From Trichosphaerium sp. ATCC 40318 (lineage: Eukaryota; Protista; Tubulinea), in NCBI GenBank assembly GCA_038496445.1, contig JALMLS010000250.1, positions 8,683-72,682 on the forward strand: DNA of 64,000 bases, read 5' to 3'. A program made the translations under genes and the position numbers. Of this stretch, positions 1 to 13,732 are shown piece by piece. The notes beneath the pieces were generated by a model that was given only the letters and a program-made list of their open reading frames with translations, did no database searches and was not told the DNA's origin. Within the stretch, counting starts at the first letter, position 1. Each line of letters starts with the position of its first letter.

Positions 1-33
1 TCAAGAAAGGACTTGCTCTAGAAAACAAAATCA

Positions 34-414
34 CTAAAAAAAGAGCTTTGTACGTTGATGGACATACGAAGATAAGGGAAGTGTAGCAGATGCTTGATGT
101 GTATGATGTGTGACGTGGGTGTTTTGTATAACGTTTATTGGTTGAAAATTTACGCTGTTGTTGAATGATGGCGTTGACGCGTCAACATTATTTATAGCTT
201 GCATTTTTCGCGGTGCGCGGCTTCCAGAAGTACGATTTACTCTACTTAGACCCCTGGCAGGGTTATTTCGTTGTGTGTTCTCCATTGACTGCATTTTCCT
301 TGTAGACCTGCTTTTTGAGCTCTTGTTTTTTAATTTAGACATACTAGACTGTTGTAGCGGCTTAGACGGCGCCAAGCCTGCCTTGGATCTTCGCTTCTCC
401 ATGAGTTGCGGCAA
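34..414 (-). CDS. Hypothetical basic, low-complexity protein (possibly the last exon of a small gene)
   Basis: 126-aa K/R/S-rich ORF with no recognisable domain; a possible upstream exon near 450-510 could not be joined convincingly. Confidence 0.3.
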   Translation of the reverse strand: MPQLMEKRRSKAGLAPSKPLQQSSMSKLKNKSSKSRSTRKMQSMENTQRNNPARGLSRVNRTSGSRAPRKMQAINNVDASTPSFNNSVNFQPINVIQNTHVTHHTHQASATLPLSSYVHQRTKLFF

Positions 415-669
415 AGACTATGTGTTGTTCAAAGAACACGGTATAACCGTTTTAGGCTAGCAACACTGTTGCTTGCCAAAAACAATGTACACTTTTTCGA
501 AAACATGCGCGCATGGTGACTATGTTGGTCTTGTGACGTGGTGTTGCTTATGATAAGACCGTAATAGCTTAAGTATGAACTTCTTCTATATTTTATTTGA
601 TTGTACATACCAAGGATTTCATAAAACAAAGAAAATAAGTTTATAACATGTCATTGAATGCCTCTATTT

Positions 670-2182
670 TTAATCCTTGGCTGTGATAATAAATATAGGC
701 CACTCAACGTTAACAAGAGCTTCGAGTCCCATGATACTCGTCAATCTTAAATAGACTGTTAATAAAGGAAACTGACATAAAAAAAAGAAAAAGAAATTTC
801 GATATTTTTTTTGGATTCTCGAATTGTCCATTTGAGAGGTAACATAAGGCACTCACTTTTCTTCCAAGGTAGCAATAGGATCACGTTTATCTGGTTGTTT
901 CTCTTTCATTGTCTTTATGACAGAAAATGTACCAACATATCCAATGAAGTCTCTGACTTTCATTCTGTACTTCATTGTAGTATCACTACGCTCTACTGTC
1001 TTAAAGTCTGGTTTAATATCAGCGTATTGGTTATGAATATGTTCTCTAGCAGGTGCCCAATGCTCTCGTGTGGTGTCATAGAACTATATCAGAGTAAGCA
1101 CAGAAACACGAAGAATAGAAAGCCAATAAAAGAACTAATAACCACATTCATGTCTTGCTCAAGTTACTCATAGATTTTTACGCAAGAACAATACAGTTTC
1201 ATGGTTAAATATGAAGTTGTGTACACGTGGGGTATTTGAGTTATAACAGAGAAAGATAAATGGCATGATTTAAATACCTCTGAGAAGATACGTTGACCGT
1301 CCTTGTCATCTAGTTTTGGTGTACCATACGCCCATAAGGCTAATTGACCACCAGGAGCTAAATAAACCAGTCAATATATCAACACATCTCTTTAATCAAA
1401 AAATTACATCATTTATGCTTGTATAGCCACAATAATGTACTGTACGTACCTAAGACACGTTTGGCTTCCTTCCAGAAAGCTTCTTGCTCAAACCTAAGGT
1501 GTTTCTCAGTATGTACTAGCTAGAAAAAAATGAAACAGCAAAATGTACTCCAAGTGGCATTACAAAGTAAGACAAAACGCATAAATACGCACCAGTGTAC
1601 AGCGTTTGCAGCAGTGACCATGTTAGCGCTTGCATCGGCCACTTTTAAATTCTTACAATCACCAAGCATGAATTGACAGTTATCTACATTGTGTTGGATT
1701 GTATATTAAGCAAGCAAACCGGTTTGTTGTATTTGGGCGGTTTTTTAAAAAGCTTTTCGTGCTGTGACTTCACCACACAATAATGGTGTACCTGGTGGTT
1801 CTAGTATTGCTTCAAGCATGTGTTTTCGTGGTTCGACACCAACGACCTAGTTTTTGAATGGTTATAATGTTGTAACTGTACGGGGTGCGATAATTTATGT
1901 TCTACTGTGCGATGAGAGCATTTTTAGCGAACCTTGTTGAAGTATGGGCTCAATCCTTTTGAGGCCATTCCTGGGCCACAGCCAGCGTCGACAACCATTT
2001 TTCTCTTGTCTAGCCTTGTGTCAGAATTTTCGCGTTTACAACATGCACGTACTGTCCGGTAACTTCGCAACTACTCGTTCATACACTTTTTTAGGGAACG
2101 CTGGACGAAAAGCTTTGTAAGGCGAATCGCCAAAGCGATCCTTGAACCTGCTAGTCCTCTTTGCCATAGTTACTACTCTCAT
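670..2182 (-). CDS. Class I SAM-dependent methyltransferase (Methyltransf_11 type, Tmt1/Crg1-like), multi-exon
   Basis: Spliced translation: YKAFRPAFP, motif I VVDAGCGPG, VVGVEP, ANMVTAANAVHWF, EAKRVLAPGGQLALWAY, C-terminal VNVEWPIFIITAKD*. Confidence 0.85.
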
Positions 2183-2450
2183 GGTGATTGTATGAGGGTT
2201 AACGCTAATTCAACTTTTAGAACTTAGTGGTTGACTTAATTCCATTTCTCGCTAGGCGTCACCAATGGCAGTATGTTAATGTATTATCCCAATGCATATG
2301 TGATCCTCACAACACAAGTTGAGGCAATTTACGGCCAGAACAATCGAGAAAATTAGAGTGTTTTCAAATAAAAGTTTTTCTATTTTACAATTACATTATG
2401 TACAATGTTGTCTGAACGGGTTGCTAAGTTATAGCAGTTTCACAACAGCG

Positions 2451-3350
2451 CTATGCTCTTTCATCTGCTTTTTTGAAATGAGCTAGCAGGTTACCAAAAC
2501 TCTCTTGAAATTTGGGTATTGCATCTTCGCTTAGAGGCTTATTCCACACTCGTCTTTTCTTTAATGGCGGCTCTGATATTACTATAGCACTGACAGGTCG
2601 TTTGCGAAACCTATGATATGCCATTGCTGTATTTGGCGCGCTTGGGAGTGATGTGGTGGTTGTTTTTTGTTGTGTTATTGGCACTTGTTTGTTTGGCGTT
2701 TTAGGCATCAATTTCTGTAGTAGCGAGGCGTAGCTGTATTTTAGAAATACAGTTTTCTTGTTTTTGTCTTCCATTACACTTTGTTGTAGCCTCCCAGATT
2801 TATTTAAAGTACCTGATACAGTTGTAAGAACGCACAGCTTAGTTTGATCCAATTTACAAAAAATAAAATAACGTGCCTGTGCCAGAGAAACCTTGTGTGT
2901 CCGTTGTACTAACCTTGATATGACCAGTCTGAGCATAGAAGTTAATACAAAATAACGTAACTAGTAAGTTAAAATGTACCCTACGTTTCCTACGGTGTTT
3001 AGAAGAGTACCGTGTCGTGTCCGCAGTCATTTTCTTAGTGCTAGGACCGGATGGTGGTGTGATTGAAATAAATGTTTTGACGCGTGCGCTAGTTTCTTCT
3101 TCTACGACCTGTATAAGTTGTTAAGAATCGTTAGGGCATTTTTACAGTTGCGTACGTGTGCAGCAATAGCGTTTGCGTTGTAAGGCATATATTTCGATGG
3201 TACAGGCTTTCTGACACCGCCACTGCTGTTTTTTACCCGACTTTTAGACATTTGTGCCAGTTGTAGCTGTGTTGAATATTGGAATGGCTTTTTCTCTTTA
3301 GTTCCGTGCACTACGCTCCAATCTCTTGTTCCGGATATACCAAACTGCAT
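2451..3350 (-). CDS. Hypothetical basic protein with NLS-like motifs, multi-exon
   Basis: Exons join in frame through GT-AG introns and one GC-AG intron (donor at 2876); contains KHRRKRR and PPLKKRR; no known domain. Confidence 0.5.
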
Positions 3351-3789
3351 TTTTGTACTACTGCGTTAAAATAAACTTTGTTGTTGCCGATACTATCTTC
3401 TTTGCTAGCCAGAGTAGGTGTTATTTACTAAGACTGAGTGCTACATAAACGGTGACCGTGAGATTATGAATCAGATTAAGTAATCCAAGCTCACACGTGG
3501 TAATCAAAGTTTGCCTTTTGTAGAGCGTAAGTAATTTTGCCCGACAAGTGCAGGTTTGCATAAAAAAACACTGTCGGTATTGTTAATACCATCTATACGA
3601 TTTACAAAGTTGGCACGTGGAGAGCACAAAAAACGCGCGACTAGTACACACTCCAAAACAACTACGTTACGATGTGGTGTGAGTAGTCACGTATTTAAAA
3701 CTCGTTGATATCCGAGTACCCTTGCTGTATGCTGTGCACAGGTCATAATGTTTGAAATAATTAGATATCTAGCCAACCTGAAAGCCATT

Positions 3790-4410
3790 AATAATAGAAA
3801 ATGGCTCTATTTTGCTTGACATCGCTTGCTTCACGATCTATGGAAGCACTTGGTAAAAGGCGCTCTATCGGTTTGAACTACATGTTTAGTAAACAATTGG
3901 ATGGTTGGTTAAAAACTAGAATCAAGTTGGATTTTCGACCTAGGATATTCAGGATCCTTTTTCTGCAACTCCATTTTAATTGAATTGAGGATTTATTGTA
4001 TGTACATTTACCACTATGAATTCATACTCAGAAGGAATAACCTGTACCTCATATTCTTCACAGAGATCTTCGAAGCAAAGCTCAGTATATTTTGCATTGT
4101 ACTTCAGTTCCCATTACAACTTGTAAAAGCTTCAACGTTGTCGCAATGTCCAGCTAAAAGCGAAAGAAATGTAACCTTGTCCGTATTCTCCGTTACCTTG
4201 TAGCCCAACAAAGGCCCGGCTTTGTCTGAAAATGCCACTAATTCAGCCCATAGCTTACTAAGTTTGTCGTAGGAGCAAACTTTGGTCGTTTATGTCTTAT
4301 CGTCAGCAGTATACTTACACACCGGCCGACTTTAATTCGAGGACAATGTAGGAAGGTCACGATAACTTCGTCAATATCTCCACCGAGCTCGGAATATTAT
4401 GCAATGAGAA
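3790..4410 (+). pseudogene. Possible decayed protein kinase (TKL-like) remnant
   Basis: Fragments in kinase order, interrupted by stops: ENGSI (~3798), PVPHILHRDLRS (~4041-4076), ADFNSR (~4326-4343). No intact frame. Confidence 0.25.
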
Positions 4411-5700
4411 ACTGAACGAAGGTTTTGCGCTAGAGCCTGATTTTTCTTCTCGACATCTTGAAAGTTATCAAAACGTATTGAACAAAAAAAGTCTATGCTA
4501 TAACAAAATCACAGTTTGAAGAAGGCTAGGTTATAGATGCCCCTAGGGCTACATGGTAATATATTCGTAGAAAGTGAAGCTAGCATTGCAACTTGTTTAC
4601 TTTGCTGTCAGTCACGTGATATCTAGAGTTTTCTTATTAACTTCATCGCATCTCTTAGCTCAAAAGAGTTGAATACTACCTTCTAGTTTATGTTTGTAAC
4701 CTGTAAAAACTCTTCATTTCATCCTTTTACGATTGCCTGACAAAGCGTAGAGTTGTATTTTGTATCACTGGTGGCATTATTTCTAAATTGTGGTAGGTAT
4801 GAAAGTTATAAGGCATGAGAAGTACTAAAGTAAATGACCTGGATTGCGACATAATGCTTGATATTGGCTGTTGTTGTGATTGTTAGTGCGATTACGTTTA
4901 TTAAATTGTTTATCTCACTCTGGCGGAACCTACAGCAGTTATTTTGCTTGCTAAAACAGATATGCAATATGTTGATAATTCAATTGATCCAAACCATCGT
5001 GGTCACTTGCATTAGTATAAGAGGTGTTATTTACAGCTACGTCCTCTACAATTACAAGTGCAGTTGTTTTCTTGCGAACGGGAACGCTGATTGATTTTTG
5101 TCAACGCTGAGAAGTTATTCCTGGTCAGTAGCTAGCTAAAATTGCTTCTTCCAGAGGTATATATGTACTGATTTTTGTTGCCTAGTTGTTGCCAGTAAAC
5201 CTGCCTGCAACCAGATCCCTTTTGACATACATTCCCAATTAGAATAACCTACATGCGGGACTGCTTTAACATGATACTTACTGTTGTCATAAGGATTTCA
5301 GAAGTGCACTCTGTTACTGAGAAACTGCAGCACATTATGACTATCTGGCCTGAGATACCAGTGCATTAAGAAACTGTGAGAGCATAGTAGTAACATGGGC
5401 AAACAGAAGGTTACGGAGAAAACCGAAGCTTCATGGGTTTGGCGATTCACTGATTTAGCGTTGGTAAGAATATTCTTTCAAAGCTAGTGTCTCTTGGTAC
5501 GACTTGTCATGTTGTCCTTGTTTGAATCGAATAAAAAAAAAGAAAAACAGTCGCAGCTTCTGAATTGCAATCGCAGATGTAACTTCTGTTTACGCATTCA
5601 GCCAAAACTTGGCGAATAGCGAAACGCGAGGCTGTTTTAATTTGTGTGACACATAGTAGCACTCTACAAAACTTTTCTTTATAACCAAACACGTTCTATT

Positions 5701-7788
5701 ATGGGTGTATCGTGTTCCAGATGCATATATTGCGGTCCTGCGCGTGATGACATGCCATTGATGCCATTATTGTCAGGAACGTTGCTGCGACAGAAATTAC
5801 GTACGTTAAAACAGTGTTTGAAAGCGTAGGCTAATACATTCAAAGGGTATGAGTACGAAGTAGCGTACTCCGACGATTTTTCTGACATTCACGTCCTTCC
5901 TCTGGCAAACTCGCTATGGGCACGCGGCAAGGGTGTTCATGCTCGAGGTTTGTACTATTTACACTGTTTTTAACCCTGAACGTCAAAAACCTTGTTTTTG
6001 TGATTTTTCAATAATTTTTTTCGAGCCTTGATTCACGTGCGACAAGTGCTCATTTTTTTTAGGCATTGGGTACACTGATGCCACCAATTTTGAGTTTGAA
6101 ACATTCCAGGCAATCAAGAAAATAGCTACACCTGAGGACTTGGAACTCCTAACGTACTGAGTGCTTTTACAATTTGATAAGAAATTGCAACATGCAAAAA
6201 CTTGCTTTTGTTTCACACAAGTTTTCTATGGTTAAACTGTAAAATATGACATTTTTTAGACATCACCCTTCTTCTATTGTTCGTGTTTATGCTTTCGAAG
6301 CTTTATTTTCGTCAAAAGCTTTCGATGGAGACATCAATGCAATTATAGAAAAAGGTCAACACTTATTTTTTGATATTCGAACTTTTCAACTTCGTTCCGG
6401 ATCATGTGGTGCGCACGTTTTTCATAAACTAAACCAGTGCTAACATAATACATAAGGGAGGTACCAAAGTGTAAATCAAACTTTTTTGGACAGTATAAAG
6501 GCTTCAACACACAAGGAGGTAGAAAACCGTGAATATTTTTAGTGATTGACTTTTTCCTTTTCAAAAGGCGTACAAAGTTCTGTTTGACAGGATAGTTAAA
6601 GAAAAAATTCTATGCTTCCAGCTACTACAACACTTAAGCGGTCTTCGTCAGACCGAAGAAAATCATACATACATCCGAAACATGGCCATAGAAGGACATA
6701 TTCTAGATTCCATCTACTATCTTGCTTGGTACGTTTTGATTCACGTGTTTTTTCTTGTGTTCATTGTTCTGACTGACTCTTGTAGCTACAAGAGAGAAAG
6801 TGATGTAGGATTAATTATGCAATATTTGTTAGCGCCAAACAATGATAGAGTAAATGTTAAATTCGATAGTTTGGTAAGGAACTAAGAAACACTGACATGT
6901 GCTGTTTTTTTCTTTAGCCGTTTTTCTTCTTTGCTAAATATCTTTTGATAGGTTAATCTTTGTTTAAAATCTTTGTGGAGAAATAAACAAATGAAAGGTG
7001 AAAACAAAAAAGATATTACAACTCTCCCAAAAGAGCTCCAATATAAATGGTAAGAACTTGTACAAAAAATGTTACTACTTTCTCAGTTTTTTCTAATTTG
7101 TTTGTTCAAGGCGTGTTTTACAGTTAAGACATGAAGCCCGTCAACTTTACCTCGCTACAGGATTAAGACATGCTGAAGTATCCGATATATGGCAACTAAA
7201 GCCACTACCGACATCGCTGTACTTTGGATTCAAGGCAGTTTGTCAATTTCCACATCCAAGTTTTTTCCCTTTTTTGGAACGATATGTTCGTAACCACCTT
7301 GATGCTTGGGTAGAGAAACGCGGTATAGAAGGTTCGTTAAAACATCAGCATTATATATAGCTACCAAATTCTAAAAATTGTTAAAGGTCGAGACTACTAT
7401 GAGCACGGGATTGGAGGGAACTTGTTGACAGCTATTATGAAATACAATACAAACGAAGCGTTAGAATTACTCCAAGATGCAATGGTTTATGTACAAGCAC
7501 ACCAAGCTGGCGATGACTATGGATACGGAGAAAGTCCTGCTTGGTGTTTGAAGCATGGAATTTACTTGGTTTTGGTACGAGACACAAACTAATTTCGGGG
7601 TTTTGGTTAAGTGTTTTGTTGTAGGTTAAGCCGCTTGGGAGATGTCCAAATTTTGGTACGTTTGAGCTTGTTTCTAAGACTATCTTACTAACTCGGTTTT
7701 AGATATACTACTTTTACGTCTTGTTAGAGAAAGAAACAGTCACGTACCAAGTAAAGTAATGGACTACTTGAGAAATAAATTTCAATAA
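5701..7788 (+). CDS. Helical (HEAT-like) protein with N-terminal MGVSCSRC lipidation motif, multi-exon
   Basis: Spliced: MGVSCSRCIYC...GIGYTDATNFEFETFQAIKKIATPEDLELLTHHPSSIVRVYAFEAL...YIRNMAIEGHILDSIYYLACYKRESDVGLI...YLRNKFQ*; GT-AG introns; internal 3' exons less certain. Confidence 0.65.
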
Positions 7789-7917
7789 AAAAGAAAACTC
7801 AACAAACAACAATAATGCCTTAGTTGTAGATAATCAATAATTTATGGGTTGTTTTTTTTTAATGTACATTTTTTGGCTGTTCTTGTGCTTATTTTTGATT
7901 TGAAAAGCATAACCTTT

Positions 7918-10900
7918 TCACTCCTCTGGTGAACTTAAAAAGCTTTGTAAAATTATATCCATGGTTGGTCTGTCTTCAGGCTTGAATGCCCTTAAAAAAA
8001 AAACTTAGTAAATGGAGATTGTCGTTTTTTTTTTGTCGTACCAACACAGTTTCATAAGTGCCCTGAATTTAGGTGTAACAACATTATCGCTATCACAAAT
8101 TATAGGTGTTTTACCATTATTTCTTATTTCAATGGCAAGATCCATAAGCATATCCATCTCATCTTCGTGAGGTGGTTCTTCGTGAAAAACTTCCCACTGT
8201 ACAAAAAATTAAACAATTTGATTCAAACGCCTGTTGAGTGACAAGAATAACACGTGTTGTCGCACGTGGTTTTTAAAAAAAGTAATATGTGTGACGTACC
8301 ATAAGTATACCATAACTCCATACGTCGGATTTTACAGAGTACTGCTTACGCATATTTTCTGGGCTCATCCAACAGATCTTTTGAAAAAAAAGATTTAGTA
8401 TTAACAAAAGGTATGTCATTTTGTATGCCGTACAGGTCCAAATTGTGTTGCTGTTTTGCCACTAACATTATCATCACTTACCATACGACTCATACCTGAT
8501 AATAGTTGTCAATATCAATAAAAGCAAGAACGCAAATTTTTCTGTTTTGGCACGAACCGAAATCTGATAATTTAGGCTTTCTATGTTTGTCCAGTAGCAC
8601 ATTCCTACAGTCTAATTAAAAATCCACTTACAAGTCAAAATATTATATTCACTTACCTAGCTGCTAAATCCCTATGTACAATACCCTCTTTATGTAAGTG
8701 ATACCTTTAAAACCAAAAGTCAAAATCAAAAAGATCTATTCGAACTGAAAAGAAAAAAAACCGTACAATCCTTTAGCAACACCGTGACATATTTCAATCT
8801 TCTCTTCTAGAGAAAACTTTATCTCATAATCAAATAGAATTTGATCTAGAGAACCACCAGGTAAGTATTCCATGACAACCATATTTGCGTGTTCATTAGA
8901 GGCCAATCCAAAAATCTTGAAAAAAAAAAAGTCAGAAAAAAGTATAAACAGTTTTTCGAGCAATCGTAACGTGCTGATGTTGTAATTTTTTTCTGAATTA
9001 TTTAGGTGCATACCTGGACTACATTGGGGTGCGGTCGAAGTGATACCATAAGTTTACCTTCTTGAAAAAAGTTGTCGGCTTCACCGAGATCATTACAAAA
9101 TTTTATGGCGACATCGTGATACCGCCATTTACCCTTTTTTACAACACCATAGCTACCTACAATATATTAATAAGGCAAAGAGTTGTAAAAAATCGAGAGT
9201 ATTGACTAGACACAATTATCAAAAGTGCGGCTTCAATCAAGATTCTTTTCACGTGAAAAGAGCCTCAAACTGCCAGCACATGCGTCGTATTATAAGAAAC
9301 CCTCGCTCTTAAAGTGAGAGTGATATCAAAGATAATTTTGAGCCAAGAGGAAAGGAAAAAGAGCAATATTTTGGTACAAACAAGATGGTTAGTTACCTGC
9401 ACCAAGTGTTTGTCCTATTTCTAGTTCATTCATTTGAATTATCCAATCAGTTACACCTCTGTCTCTACCTTTAGATGTTCTCTCTGAACTAGCGAATTGA
9501 TTATACTTGCTATTAGATTGTATTTCAAAACGACTCGCTTAATGATCATTAGTACAACAAACTCAGTTTATAACAAACAAACATACCATTATTGTCGCTA
9601 GATATCCGCGGATATGCTGTGCTGGGTACACCTGTATACTCAGATATACTAGGTACACCACTGTAAGTTGATTGATCATCTGGATTAGAGTCTGTTCCTA
9701 AAAACAATACCACATAAGCGCCAACACTCAAAAAGTGAAATCTTGTTCAACGTACTTGAAGTAGCAACCATATTAATTGATCTCTCTTTGTTCCTTTTCT
9801 CTCTATTCTTTCTGTATAACCAGAATGATATAGTACCAACAATGATTATTATTATTATAATCAGTACAACGCATATACCAATGATAATAGGCAAAGATGA
9901 ACTTTCTCCTTCAGGTGAACCTTTAACATTGCTTGCGCAATCTTTTTGTTGATGTAAGTTGTTTGTTGAACTGGAGGATTGGTATTTAGCGTACCTGAAG
10001 CACCAATACATCCAGCAAGTGATATATCATCTAAAGCGAGTCTATCTTTAAACTCTTGACCACAACAAAGTTCTGTACTCATTTGTTGTTGAGGTAATTC
10101 CTCTAAAAGCAAAAATGAGCTTTGATTCCTTATGTTTGAGGATAAAAACTACATACGTTGTGGAGGCACTGAAATATCTACTACCAATGTGGCTGTCTGA
10201 GTTTGACGCTTTGTTTGTGTCAACGACACAAACCTATGACGATCAGTAAGTATTACGATTACTACTAATGCTGGAGGTGTACTTTACTATTGTGTCTGGC
10301 CAAGTTCCTGTTAAGAATAGGCTAATTATAGTCTCAAGACGCTGACCATCTGTTTGTGATGAAAAACCACCAGTAAATATAAGATCCAATGATAATTGGA
10401 ATGTGGTTGGTGGCGCAGGAACAACAGGTGCTACTAGGGTATTTGCAGGTGATTGAGCAGAAATAGGCTCTATTGAAGACTGTGAAGTTGGCTGGTTTGT
10501 AGTTGGTTTAGCAGTTGTAGGTATCTCTGTGGGCGCCACCGTTTCCAGGCTTGTAGGTGCTTCAGTTGGGGTAGTTGTGGTTGGTTCTTCTTGCGCCTGT
10601 GGAGCATCTGTTGTTGGTGCTTCAGTTGGACTAGTTGTGGTTGGTGCTTGTTGCACCTGTTCAGTTGGAGCATCTGTTGTAGGTGGCTCTGAAGTTGGCA
10701 GTTGAGTTGGAGCTTCAGGTGTCGGTACTTCAGTTGTAGGAACGTTTGTGGTTGGTTCTGGTGTTGGCGCCACAGTGGTCGGTTGTAATGTAGGACTTGC
10801 TGTTGTAGGTGTAGCTGTACTTGCCGAACCTGGACAAGGACCAATATTGAGGTACTATGAACGATGATTTAGTGTTTTTTCATTCACAAAGTTAGCTTTA

Positions 10901-12516
10901 GATGTACCTGAGAGAAGCCTCTCAATGAAGGTATAGACACTGTGCCTAGGGGTAATCCTGAACTAAGTTCTACAGCGACAATCTATTGATTAACAGCGTG
11001 TTAGTGCTACATAACTAAACGCTATTGTACCAAGTCGTTAAAGAAGGAAATTGTGTAAAGAACACCAGTGTCTTTATCGACTGTATTATCAAGTGCGCTA
11101 TTTACGACTGTGGAATTAGGACCGTATTCGGTCTGATTGAATTCACCAGTAATCTACAAAGAAAGTTATAAGTACAAAGATGTTTATGTAATGCCGCTGG
11201 TTCTTTTGTTTTTGGCTTTATTAATACTTACTATGTCGTTTAAGAACATGCCATCACCACTCCTTTTAGTACCAGTTACATACGTATCTATGATATAATA
11301 AGTAAGAAAATATTACTAATGGGCTAGGGGTTGATAGCAGTCGACTCCATTAACATCTTTGAATTTTTCAAGTTCTTTTCAGTTTCGGTCAAAAAACATA
11401 CTGGCACTGTGTTGAGAACCGCCCGTGAAAGGCTTCAGGCTTGTTCCATTAAGAAGTTCGTATGAGTTATTGGAAGGAAAGAACTTCTATTGAAAGGGTA
11501 AGCAACTGGCAATTAAATTTTTTTCGGTCAACACGTACAATCAAGGCGTCAAAGCTCATCACTGTGAATGCATCGCCATTATCAACTTCCTTAATATGAT
11601 CACAAAATATAAAATCTCTACTTAGATCCAGAGGCACACCAGCACCCTTTGAAAGCGTTATTATTAGCGTAAAGGGCAAAAAACAAGGAATTGAAAAACA
11701 CCCCAAAAAAAATAAATGTATTGCGTCTACCAAAAACGTACTTCTATTATATCGTCTTTAATATCTATTTTTACTAACCCTTCTCCATCTACTCCACCAC
11801 TATTAAAATCACAGCATGTGTACAAAAAATCTCCATTTTTATCAGCACCAAGACCTGCTGGTGAATGTTGTAGTGCGTCATCTTGTACACACCTATAAGA
11901 TGTAAGGAGACACTAAATAAAATAAAAAAAAATTCTGTTTAAAGACAGTAATGGCCTTATTTGGCAATCCGTTTTTTCCTATTTTTTTGATTTTCGGCAA
12001 AAGCAAATTGACAAAATATAAAATATCCCATAGTGTATTACACGATGAAAGCGTTAATTATCTTTTCATTTTTTAGTTTATTGTACCCAAAGGATGTAGA
12101 TAACGTCGAAATATTATTAACAACTAATGTAGATGTTGGTGACGCGTATGTGAGGTCATAACGTAAGATTTTTTGGTCAAACGTTACCACATAAAGGTAT
12201 CTATCTTTCACGCTATTATCATTATTAGACGCTTACAGCGAGGCCGCCAGCAAACACAAACAAAAAACAAACTATTTTTGTTGACGCCAACGTACATTGT
12301 GCTTCCTGTTACATGTAAATCATTTAACGTTAATATGAGACGATTTGTAGTCGAAGGGAAAGGAGTTGGCACGTTCTGGTTCGCTACATCGTATACATAA
12401 ATGTTTGTATCACCCTCAACGCTTCCAGCACCATCTGGAGAGAAATCTGTATGGTACAAACACTTAGACGCTACGTATAGCGCCATAGTGATTATAACAA
12501 GCAGTTTTACCAGCAT
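7918..12516 (-). CDS. Receptor-type tyrosine kinase: signal peptide, extracellular domain, Pro/Thr-rich stalk, single TM, kinase domain
   Basis: Signal peptide MLVKLLVIITMALYVAS; PT-rich stalk ~10440-10820; TM LPIIIGICVVLIIIIIIIVGTISFWLY; kinase motifs LGA-GSYG, VAIK, MEYLPGGSL, HRDLAARN, SDFGMSR, FGPICWMSPE, SDVWSYG, PEDRPT. Confidence 0.9.
10440..10820 (-). repeat. Coding PT-rich mucin-like repeat (PTTEAPT/PTTDAPT units) in the kinase stalk
   Basis: Repeated PTxxPT/TEAPT units in ORF 10243..10773. Confidence 0.85.
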
Positions 12517-12636
12517 AAAGCGAAAGGAGTGTTTGTTATTACGGACAAATTTTCACCCCATGAAACCTAAGCGACGTTCTGATATTGCGTTGTTAAGTCT
12601 ACAATTAAGTATACGTTAAGAGTAAACTCTACAGCT

Positions 12637-13551
12637 ATGGCTCTCTACTATGATATTGATTCAATAATTGCAGAGAACGAGGTAACCGTTGAGATGAAAA
12701 ATAACGCTAAAATGTCTTACTAGACTGTAAATACGACTTGGAATGAAGAAGTTGAGCGTCTTGGATTCCCTGCTTCGCGGTCACGTAACGTAGGTATTGA
12801 TTAAGGTTGCTAGTAAATATTATTTAGATAGAGCAAAACAGCAAAACACAGCAACCATACTGGTTAGCAAAGTCATTTGCATCGTATGGATTGGTCAGAA
12901 TAAATTCTCCAGCGTCACATGGGTACAAATGTTAAAACGGCGGCAAAAAAGTTGCTGACTATTCAAAAAGACGTTCATGTATGAATGCTTTGAAAGCTGA
13001 AGCGTCAGAGGTGAAATTGGCGAACCAATCAACATACTTTTATAAACTAGGCTTAGAATACGCTCTACGGTAATAATACATGACTAAATAGCATTAAATA
13101 ACGTTGTATTTTAGATTTTTAAACAGCACACTTTGCAAGGACATAGAAAAGGCGTACTTGGATAGATACTCACAAGTGGTTGATAAATCGTTTAATTGGG
13201 GTAGAGCAGACCCTACTAGCTATACATCAACGCTTCCCTTCATGGAAAGAAAGAGTATGTCATCGTTTGTTATTCAATTAAAAAAAAAACGTGTTTTCAC
13301 ACAGAAATTTTTTTACTCCATTGTACATGGTAGCCATGTACAACGTGTATGTTCTTACGCCTGGATATATGGTTTTTAAGACATCCTTTCAACCAACTCT
13401 ACCTCTACCTTTTTTGTTTAATGACTGTGTAGTGTTCTATGCTAACTATGCTGCTAAAACAAATTTTGAGAATTGGAAATCAAATAAAAGTATAATGAAG
13501 CGTGGAGGCGGTGGAAAGAGAAAACGTATCTTTACCTCTACGAAAAAATAA
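12637..13551 (+). CDS. PSF3: GINS complex subunit Psf3
   Basis: Spliced: MALYYDIDSIIAENE...PYWLAKSF...MNALKAEASEVKLANQSTYFYKLG...MERKMFYANYAAKTNFENWK...KRKR; matches Psf3 hallmarks (YYDIDxIxA, PxWLA, NALKAxxxxVxL, FY). Confidence 0.85.
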
Positions 13552-13732
13552 CATTTTAGAGTGTATACTATTTCAACACCCTTGTAGAATAATAAATAAA
13601 TAGCTACACCGTTAACACATCTTACAAACTTTCAACAGCATTCTTTGAACGGAGTTCGGAAAATTGTAGCGTTATCTCCGAACGTGATAGAAAATTAAAT
13701 AACAAAGGAACCGATTGGAGTTGTGTTACAGG

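Noticed and set aside
158-460. Plus-strand ORF 158..460 and many other short antisense ORFs in the track
   Set aside because: Antisense shadows or intron read-through, with no motif support.
10470-10844. Gln/Leu-rich overlapping ORF
   Set aside because: Shadow frame of the PT-rich repeat in the receptor kinase.
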